64,000 nt of DNA. Source: a virus. The notes under the pieces are model-generated. The model was given only the letters and a program-made list of their open reading frames with translations. It was not told the DNA's origin and did no database searches. The stretch lies in IMG/VR virus record IMGVR_UViG_3300044627_003356; one strand, given 5' to 3'. This document shows positions 57,158 through 64,000 of the stretch, one piece after another; the stretch's first letter is position 1, and every line of letters starts with the position of its first letter. The position numbers and the translations under genes were made by a program.

Positions 57158-59230
57158 TTAAACTTTGGCTACAATACTAATATTGATAGCATTAAGGTCG
57201 GTGTTATCGAGAGTAATAATTTTATCTCTTGCAGAAGATACAATCGTGGATGTTGGCACGGCTTGCACACCCAATACACCTAAAGGATTATTAATTGCAG
57301 ACGGATTGAAATCGATGAGTGTTACAATACCTTGAGCATAATCTACTGTACCGGCATTGGCATTGAGAATCTTCTTAACATTGTTTTCAAAATAATAAGT
57401 TCTCAATGTACCTTTATTACCAGCAAGAACAGCCACAGCAGATGCCAAAGAACCATTACCATCAGTTGATGTGATTTGCACAATAGCCTGTGTATAATTA
57501 ACACCAACATCAATCATTGTAATACTATCTACTTGACCATTCACAACAGTTGCTCTTGCTGTGGCACCTGTACCATCACCAAGGATAGTTACAGTTGGTG
57601 TTGATGTGTAACCAAAACCAGGATTACTAATAGAAATTGATTCAACAAATGTGGTTGACGATGGAGTTTCTTCTAAGTATACAGAATCTCGTACCACACT
57701 ATTATTATCAACATCAATTACTTGAAATGTTGGTGTGACACTAATACTTTTACCAAAAATATCTTTTTTTAGTGACGTTCCATATTTCAATGTGTATGTT
57801 GTTGATGAAGTTAAACTCGGAACAAGTCGTTTCTGTAAAGCAATCGAAGCATCATTTGTAATAAAAGAAGGACTGACCGATTGTACCGTAGAAATTAATG
57901 TTGAAAGTTGGAATGTAGAGTTAAATGTATTGAGTGTATCAGTTGCAAATCCTTGAATAGCAGTCAATACTTGTGTCTGTAACTGTGAAGAAGTAAGTGT
58001 TGTCAACTTTGTATCGTATAGTATATTTGAATTGATGACCAAATAATTATAATCAACATCAATAATTCTTGGTTGAACTGTCAGAACAGAAATAGGTTTA
58101 ATGATTTGTTCTTCAATGACTGATTTTTGTGATTGTGTTAATAGATAACCACCACTTGGTTTAATAGCCACAAACACCACACCATAAACTGGTGGATCAT
58201 TTTCTTCACCACCCCACACATTGACCGCATCAATTGGAAATATACCCGAATTGTTTTGAATTAAGAAAATGTAATCTTCTTTGGTTACTGCACGACCTTG
58301 AGCAGCATACGATTTTGGTGCAGTATATTTAATTGATTCAATACTTTCTCTTTCTGCACCTTGAGTTGCTGCTTGCACTGGTGTAATTGTTGAACTTGAA
58401 AAACCAGAGATTGTATCCATCAACACAAAGTTATTGGCATCGGTTGCAGCTGTACCTGAAGTGATGATGTATGATACAGACACCACATTACCATCTGTTA
58501 ACGCTTCACCTAATATGCCATCACCAAAATAAATTTGATAGAAACCATTTGTTGCTTCTTGTAAAAAGAAAGCCTTGGTTGTGCCGTTGAGTGCCAAATA
58601 GTCATCAACTAATGTGAATACTTGTGAAGAAGTATTGGATGTGCTTTGTTGAACAACAACAGAGATAGTAGTCGTATCTACATTGGTGTCAGGTAATTCA
58701 AAGATTGCTGTTGGATTGGCCGCAGAATCATAGGTAAATGAAAGAGTAACTGGTTCACCTTGTTTGATAACTAAATCATTAAAAGTTACTGTGTTGTTGG
58801 CCAAATCGGTGTTTTGTGTCGTTGAGTTAAGTGTAACAAACCTATAACTGACGCCATCAATCGCCTCAGAAAGAAAACTGGTAAATTTTGGTAAAGTTAA
58901 AGAACTGGTAGTTACATTGTTCATCACCAAATCAATCTGAGCTCGTGGTGCGGCTGCCGATTGTGGTGTATAGTTTAATAGTTTGGCATGAGAAACAACA
59001 GAACTTCTTTGCAATGCTGAATCCAAGAACATCTCGTTGGCCACCATGTTGAGATAGTATGCCTGATATTGTGTATTGTATGCAAGAACATCCAACAGAG
59101 TAGAAAGTGCAGAACCTTCGTAATTATAATCTTGAAGTGTGGTTTGAGATTGTAAGTACCGTTTTAGATTGGTTTTAATTGTATTAAAATCCAAATCGGT
59201 AATTTGAATATTTGAATTTTCGCCTGCCAT
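57158..59230 (-). CDS. gp6: baseplate wedge subunit
   Basis: LDF..IK.NL, DY.YEGS.LS.LLDVLAYNT, NEMFLDSA..R.SVVSHAK, RAVT.EDY. Confidence 0.96.
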   Translation of the reverse strand: MAGENSNIQITDLDFNTIKTNLKRYLQSQTTLQDYNYEGSALSTLLDVLAYNTQYQAYYLNMVANEMFLDSALQRSSVVSHAKLLNYTPQSAAAPRAQIDLVMNNVTTSSLTLPKFTSFLSEAIDGVSYRFVTLNSTTQNTDLANNTVTFNDLVIKQGEPVTLSFTYDSAANPTAIFELPDTNVDTTTISVVVQQSTSNTSSQVFTLVDDYLALNGTTKAFFLQEATNGFYQIYFGDGILGEALTDGNVVSVSYIITSGTAATDANNFVLMDTISGFSSSTITPVQAATQGAERESIESIKYTAPKSYAAQGRAVTKEDYIFLIQNNSGIFPIDAVNVWGGEENDPPVYGVVFVAIKPSGGYLLTQSQKSVIEEQIIKPISVLTVQPRIIDVDYNYLVINSNILYDTKLTTLTSSQLQTQVLTAIQGFATDTLNTFNSTFQLSTLISTVQSVSPSFITNDASIALQKRLVPSLTSSTTYTLKYGTSLKKDIFGKSISVTPTFQVIDVDNNSVVRDSVYLEETPSSTTFVESISISNPGFGYTSTPTVTILGDGTGATARATVVNGQVDSITMIDVGVNYTQAIVQITSTDGNGSLASAVAVLAGNKGTLRTYYFENNVKKILNANAGTVDYAQGIVTLIDFNPSAINNPLGVLGVQAVPTSTIVSSARDKIITLDNTDLNAINISIVAKV

Positions 59231-59231
59231 T

Positions 59232-59624
59232 TTATCTATTTCTCTCTAAAAGGATGGTAACTGTTGTTGGTAGCGTTGCATTTTGTATGTAAAATTCTAA
59301 ACTCACTTCATACGCATTTTGGTCTGGTTGTGCATTTACGGTGACACTTTTTAACAGAGCACGAGGTTCATAGTTCGTAATCATGTTTTCAATTTCGGTC
59401 TGCAACGATGACGATGTAATGGGTGAAATAGGTTCAAACAATAAATTGTTAATATTGGAACCTAACTCTGGTTGAAACGGCCTTTCATAGTGGTTCGTCA
59501 ATAAAAGGTTACGAACCGACCTTATAACAGCCATTTCGTCATAACTTAAAGCGACATCATTGGTCACCGGTTTACGGGTGAATGTGAAATCTATGTCGGA
59601 ATATAAGTTCTTTATGGTTGCCAT
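59232..59624 (-). CDS. gp25: baseplate wedge subunit / sheath initiator
   Basis: YSDID..F, AV.RSVRNL.LT...ERPFQP.LGS, YEPR. Confidence 0.94.
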   Translation of the reverse strand: MATIKNLYSDIDFTFTRKPVTNDVALSYDEMAVIRSVRNLLLTNHYERPFQPELGSNINNLLFEPISPITSSSLQTEIENMITNYEPRALLKSVTVNAQPDQNAYEVSLEFYIQNATLPTTVTILLERNR

Positions 59625-59628
59625 TGTT

Positions 59629-59635
59629 TATTTAT
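59629..59635 (-). promoter_or_regulatory. late promoter (gp25)
   Basis: ATAAATA 4 nt before the ATG. Confidence 0.65.
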
Positions 59636-59646
59636 TCTGCTCTGGA

Positions 59647-59712
59647 AGTAAATTTGCTTTTTAGCATCTTGAAATGCGCCTAAAAAATTTTTGGGCCGGA
59701 ATCAAAAAATTC
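59647..59712. repeat. intergenic A-tract element, copy B
   Basis: Aligns with 42831-42896; partial third copy at 34521-34549. Confidence 0.75.
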
Positions 59713-59723
59713 GAATTTTGGAA

Positions 59724-60527
59724 TTATGAGTTTATTCTTTCTTTAATCTTGTCTGTACCAACAAAGTTGTTGACCAAATAGGTCTCCGTTTCACCCATAT
59801 TGGTAAATTTCTTCACCTGATTGTATTTGTCTACAAAACTACGCAAATTAGTATAGTAGGTTACATCAGCATTTTGTCTGGTTATCAAAAGTGTGTTGGT
59901 ATTTGATATATCAGAAAGAATCTGTGATATTTGTGCTTCTGTCAAATTGTTGGCTGTCACTCCATTTGTTAGAGTTACAAGACTATTGGCCAAAGTAACA
60001 TTTGTTGAACCTACTTGAGGACCAATCAGTATACTAGTAAAGCTACCTAAAATAGGTGAAGTATTGGTTATATTGTCAGTTTGATTGGTGATATACAAGG
60101 CAGTCTTACCTAATCCCATGGCCGTGTCATAATATGGATTCTCAACTTCTTGGCCAACAAAGGGTGTTACTCCTGATATTCTGTTAGTGTGTGCTAAAAA
60201 CGAAGTTGCAACATTCGCAAGTGTATTTGCAGCTGTAACAATCAAATCACAATTTGCAATGTTTTGACTGGCCCCAGTATTTGCCACAGTTATCATGGTT
60301 TGTGAAATTGTAATGATTGAACCGGTATTAGAAGCCACGGGGTTTTGATAATATCCGCCAACTGCGTTATTTGCAATGTCTTGTGCCTGCCAAGTTTCAA
60401 TAAACGCCGGCATAGAGTTTAGATGTGCAACTGTATTTGCAGAAAGATTTAATACATCACCATTTGGGTCACTAAAATTATAACCTAATGTTGCATATAC
60501 TCCAGTTGCGTTATTAACTAATGCCAT
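59724..60527 (-). CDS. hypothetical baseplate-region protein
   Basis: 267-aa ORF between gp5-C and gp25. Confidence 0.7.
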   Translation of the reverse strand: MALVNNATGVYATLGYNFSDPNGDVLNLSANTVAHLNSMPAFIETWQAQDIANNAVGGYYQNPVASNTGSIITISQTMITVANTGASQNIANCDLIVTAANTLANVATSFLAHTNRISGVTPFVGQEVENPYYDTAMGLGKTALYITNQTDNITNTSPILGSFTSILIGPQVGSTNVTLANSLVTLTNGVTANNLTEAQISQILSDISNTNTLLITRQNADVTYYTNLRSFVDKYNQVKKFTNMGETETYLVNNFVGTDKIKERINS

Positions 60528-60530
60528 TAT

Positions 60531-61304
60531 CTAAACTCCAAAGAAAGGTGTCAAAGGCGGACTGGTTGGTCCTTTTGGTGAATTGTGTATATGGGTGTTA
60601 TAGATGCCTTTGTTAATAATATCAGACATCAATACAGCATTCATAATACCAAATGTTCCCAAAGGTGCTTCAACTGAAGTTAATGAAGTAATTGGTCCTT
60701 GTGAATATACACCCAATAAACCTGCATACAATCCAGTACCAGCATTAATTCGTGTTTCAGCAGTAATTAAATCAGCCGAAGCAGAGCCAGCAACTACCAA
60801 ATCAGAGTCTATGTAAACATGGTCAGACGCAGCCATACGGATTGCACCACCAAAGTTCTCATTAGCAGTAATTGACATATCACCATCACTAGATTGAGAA
60901 ATATCACCTACAACTCTGGTGTTCATTTTACCACCAACTAATAGATTGTAATCACCTGCTACCTGAACATTGTGGTCACCTTTAACTTCCATATTGGCAT
61001 CACCCTCAATGGTAATATTACAGGTACCTTTGATTAGAACATTTTTACCTTTTAAGTAAATCTCGTATCCAGTACCATATACCTTATGCACCTCATCGCC
61101 ATCAGGATGCATTTCCAAGAAAGTACCTATACGGTGCTGTAACCGAACTCGTTCTCTTGTTGGAGTGTCGTCCATCTCAAAGGAATGACCAGATTCCGTC
61201 TGTTGTATGTTATTATATGGATATACTGGTGGAGTTTCGGTATTTCTAGCCGATTCTGGTTCTGTCCAAGAGTTATCTGAAGGTGATGGTGGTAATATTG
61301 CCAT
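60531..61304 (-). CDS. baseplate spike gp5, C-terminal part
   Basis: YPYN....ESGH.FE.DDTP..ER....HR.GTF.E.HPDG, beta-helix V.GD repeats, terminal HIH. Confidence 0.85.
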   Translation of the reverse strand: MAILPPSPSDNSWTEPESARNTETPPVYPYNNIQQTESGHSFEMDDTPTRERVRLQHRIGTFLEMHPDGDEVHKVYGTGYEIYLKGKNVLIKGTCNITIEGDANMEVKGDHNVQVAGDYNLLVGGKMNTRVVGDISQSSDGDMSITANENFGGAIRMAASDHVYIDSDLVVAGSASADLITAETRINAGTGLYAGLLGVYSQGPITSLTSVEAPLGTFGIMNAVLMSDIINKGIYNTHIHNSPKGPTSPPLTPFFGV

Positions 61305-61306
61305 AA

Positions 61307-62125
61307 TTAAGGTGCCGATTTATTTTGTGATGGTGGTTTGGCCGGAGCTTCGTATGATGCAATAATTGCATTGGCTGCATCAAGTTCTGTTTGATTTGTG
61401 GGTATCAAAAGACCAACTGTTGCCGCACCAGCAATATTAACTGTACCTGCTACAACAGCAACTGTTGCGGTTACTGTTTTGGCTGCCGACTCGGCTAAGG
61501 CTTTTGCTTCTTTAATAATGTCATCATAATTACTAGGTCCTTCTGAAAAACCTTCTGAAAGACCAGCACCAATATCAGAAAAAACAGAACCAATTAATTT
61601 AATTAATCTTGACAAACAATCTTGAAGTAGTGCTAAAAATTTTGCAGGTAAACTTAAAATCCAAGCAATGATTGCTCTTAATTTGGCAATGTAAGCAATA
61701 ACATATTTTTGAAAATCTAAAATTGGTTGCAAAATTTCTTTATTGATACGATTAACTTCTCTAGCAATGGCTTTTAGTGTGGTTGCCAGCCAAGAAGTTT
61801 CGCCTGTAGGGTCAGCAAAACCCAATGCTCTTAAAACTGCTCTAATTGCATCTCTAATATATTTGGCCGTAGCCTTTGCATATTTTTTAAATTCAATATT
61901 TTTTTGTATATCGGTAACAAAATCACACACATGAGCCAAGTTATCATTGGCAAAACCAACACTAGTATTGGCAACAATACTTCTTGCACCAGCAGGTACT
62001 TGAGGATTACCTTTAGTTTGTCCATCATTAACCTGAGTTGGAGATGGTGCTGGTGATTCAACGGCTGTGCCACCAACAAAAGTTACAGATACAATAGAAG
62101 GAGGTAATTGAATTTCATTTGCCAT
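61307..62125 (-). CDS. hypothetical helical protein between the gp5 halves
   Basis: 272-aa amphipathic/hydrophobic helices. Confidence 0.7.
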   Translation of the reverse strand: MANEIQLPPSIVSVTFVGGTAVESPAPSPTQVNDGQTKGNPQVPAGARSIVANTSVGFANDNLAHVCDFVTDIQKNIEFKKYAKATAKYIRDAIRAVLRALGFADPTGETSWLATTLKAIAREVNRINKEILQPILDFQKYVIAYIAKLRAIIAWILSLPAKFLALLQDCLSRLIKLIGSVFSDIGAGLSEGFSEGPSNYDDIIKEAKALAESAAKTVTATVAVVAGTVNIAGAATVGLLIPTNQTELDAANAIIASYEAPAKPPSQNKSAP

Positions 62126-62416
62126 TTATGCTATTCCCGGTAAAACGCCCATCATAATTGGTGCCTGTCCTGAATCTCCGTCCATAAAGAAACCGACCAC
62201 CCAATCACCTAATAGTGGTGCTGAAAATGATTTTGAATTGTTAATTGGATACATTGGTTGAGCCCATGGTAAATCTTGTGTAGGTAATTCACTAATATTG
62301 TCTGTGTGCCAACCAAATATTCTAAGTTGACATCTTCCCATACCCAAAGGATCTACTCGGTTTTCAACTACACCGATGAACCAAGTAAAACCATCTTTTC
62401 CTATAAAATTTTGCAT
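62126..62416 (-). CDS. baseplate spike gp5, N-terminal OB-fold as a separate ORF
   Basis: F.WF.GVVE.R.DPL..GR...RIFG.H...LPT.DLPWA...G.WVVGFF.DG...Q.P..MG. Confidence 0.88.
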   Translation of the reverse strand: MQNFIGKDGFTWFIGVVENRVDPLGMGRCQLRIFGWHTDNISELPTQDLPWAQPMYPINNSKSFSAPLLGDWVVGFFMDGDSGQAPIMMGVLPGIA

Positions 62417-63798
62417 TATAATTTAACTGTATTTTGCCAAACACCAGAATCATTGTTGATACCAGTATATGGTTTAGGTGTGCTATCTTTCGCAATTTCA
62501 AGGACAGTTTGAAATGCTGTTGGTTGTATAATGTGCCTTACAGCAGTCACCAAATATTTACCAGAGTAAAATTCGTCCAAGTTTTTTGTTTCTGTGGTTG
62601 GTTTTAAAGTTAGTAAATTAAAGTTAATTGTTCGACCAACAGTAATTCCTGAATCACCAGGTATTTTAATCTTTAACACAGTATAGTTTGCCAATGAAAT
62701 TTGAGCAGTTCTATTTGGCACATATGTTTCAATTGCAATGTTTTTGGCAACACCATCAACAACTTGCTTTATATATGGCTGATTTTGTTGAAAAGCATTA
62801 CTAGTAGCCACCTTAAATGAGGCATTGTAAGAATCAGAATTTGTTAATCCTAGTCTATTTTTTAATGTATTTGTTGGGCTTCCAGGATTTAATGTTTTTG
62901 CCTGAGATTTATATTTGATATAATTAAAATCTGTAACCTTACTTGTTCTAGACATGGTATCAAGAGATATAAGTCGATTTGACAATGTGCCAGAATTAAC
63001 ATCATTCATCATATCATAAACTTTAACAAACTCATAGTCTAAAACACTTATTGTTTTTTCTTGAAAAGATTGTGTTTTATCTTCTATACCTTGTTGTTGA
63101 TATTTGTATGTGGTATAAATGTTATCTTTAAACATTGATTGCAAAGAACGGAAATTAAACCCGTCCTTTGTTTCAAAAAATAACATATCAGCACCAATTT
63201 CACCTGCACCTTTAGGCCTTGCATATGTTGACAACCAGCTGATTGCTTCAAAAGGTTTGAAACGAGGCACAATAAAATCATTTATACCATTTGTTTTCTC
63301 AATTCGTATTTTCTCTTTTTTTACTTTTAATTTGTCAACTAATATATCAGTAATAACCTTATCAATTTCTTTACCTTTGTATGACTTACTAATCTTAGTT
63401 TGTTCTGATAATAATAATTCTTCCGAGCAAAAGTAAAAAGTATAATATTCAGAGTTTAAGTTACCAACAGGTTTTCTATCTCCTATTTTGTATACTCGAT
63501 ATACTTGTTTATTTGTATTTGAAGCATTTTTAGATTTTGCAAAGATTATTTCAACAAATTCATTTCCTGTCAAATCCAACAGCTCAATATATCCTTGAGC
63601 ATCTACAATCGTAACATAACCAGACACAGAAAAACTGTAGATATCTTCATAATATGATAATTCTATTAACAACTTTTTCATTTCAAATCGTTGGCCAGAA
63701 CCTGTTAAAAAATTAATAGATTCTAAAGAATAATCTTGCGGATAATACGCACCAGGATTTTCTACATCGGTGTAAATATTTTGGTCAATTTCAGCCAT
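62416..63798 (-). CDS. baseplate hub protein (gp27-like)
   Basis: YEDI....VSG, FFET..G.NF.SL, IPGD....VG, SGKYLVT.VRH; precedes gp5. Confidence 0.7.
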   Translation of the reverse strand: MAEIDQNIYTDVENPGAYYPQDYSLESINFLTGSGQRFEMKKLLIELSYYEDIYSFSVSGYVTIVDAQGYIELLDLTGNEFVEIIFAKSKNASNTNKQVYRVYKIGDRKPVGNLNSEYYTFYFCSEELLLSEQTKISKSYKGKEIDKVITDILVDKLKVKKEKIRIEKTNGINDFIVPRFKPFEAISWLSTYARPKGAGEIGADMLFFETKDGFNFRSLQSMFKDNIYTTYKYQQQGIEDKTQSFQEKTISVLDYEFVKVYDMMNDVNSGTLSNRLISLDTMSRTSKVTDFNYIKYKSQAKTLNPGSPTNTLKNRLGLTNSDSYNASFKVATSNAFQQNQPYIKQVVDGVAKNIAIETYVPNRTAQISLANYTVLKIKIPGDSGITVGRTINFNLLTLKPTTETKNLDEFYSGKYLVTAVRHIIQPTAFQTVLEIAKDSTPKPYTGINNDSGVWQNTVKL

Positions 63799-63801
63799 AT
63801 T

Positions 63802-64000
63802 TTAAGCAGCCATCAAATCAGTAAATTGTTTTTCTAATTGGTCAACATAAGCAGAATTTAAAATTCTAATACTTCTTTTTGATTCATTTAAATTTAATTC
63901 ATAGTCATAATAACTTACAGCAGCCTTTGTGGTAGTGATTGTTACACTTCCTGTTGGTAACACATAAGTGCTAGTACCTATGACCAATGAGTTATATGTA
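63802..64000 (-). CDS. gp53: baseplate wedge gp53, C-terminal part (truncated by the window)
   Basis: VS.YDYE...NE.KR.I.IL...Y; frame open to the window edge. Confidence 0.75.
   Translation of the reverse strand, partial: TYNSLVIGTSTYVLPTGSVTITTTKAAVSYYDYELNLNESKRSIRILNSAYVDQLEKQFTDLMAA

Noticed and set aside
61304-62128. Stop-codon read-through rebuilding a single gp5
   Set aside because: The first junction is in frame (TAA ATG) but the second (TAA TT ATG) is not; TAA is a poor read-through codon
1452-63436. Plus-strand and alternate-frame ORFs in the track (e.g. 1452..2201, 14640..14897, 31493..32026, 34631..35122, 47585..47941)
   Set aside because: They overlap well-supported minus-strand genes and lack recognisable motifs; shadow ORFs
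1-64000. Alternative genetic code
   Set aside because: Core genes are full length under code 11; TAG ends gp47 and uvsY and TGA ends regA and gp44 at the expected positions
1-64000. tRNA genes, inteins, integrase or IS elements
   Set aside because: No cloverleaf seen in the short intergenic gaps; gp17, uvsW, gp44 and gp46 have normal lengths; no transposase or integrase motifs

Overview
64 kb of an AT-rich T4-like myophage genome, with every credible gene on the minus strand. It resembles environmental (cyanophage/pelagiphage-type or freshwater) T4-likes; the host cannot be determined from this window. Left to right: a replication/recombination/late-transcription block (regA, gp62, gp44, gp45, gp46, gp47, gp55, uvsW, uvsY) with accessory genes (DUF5664 nucleotide diphosphohydrolase, glycosyltransferase-like, HTH, DUF4338-like, peptide deformylase, nucleotide-sugar dehydrogenase); the head/tail core (gp3, gp23-gp13); a putative sulfation/hydroxylation cassette; a long array of fibre/adapter genes; and the baseplate (VrlC-like, gp8, gp7, gp6, gp25, split gp5, hub, partial gp53). 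Sigma70-type and gp55-type (TAAATA) promoters and several terminators are visible. Best candidate for an undescribed system: a peptide 'plug and socket' code. Nearly every fibre gene with an Mtd_N-like head directly follows a gene ending in a short acidic docking peptide (DGGxF, or triple DL/DxG), including gp15 and an unannotated 50-aa adapter, which suggests branched fibre assembly. Other notable signals: gp14 lacks a canonical start (AUC start or ribosomal hop), an antisense sigma70 promoter before gp55, a repeated A-tract intergenic element, a type-1 copper site in a fibre, a GC-rich swapped tip-plus-enzymes module, and passenger genes wedged into obligate gene pairs. All family assignments come from motif recognition and synteny, not database searches.
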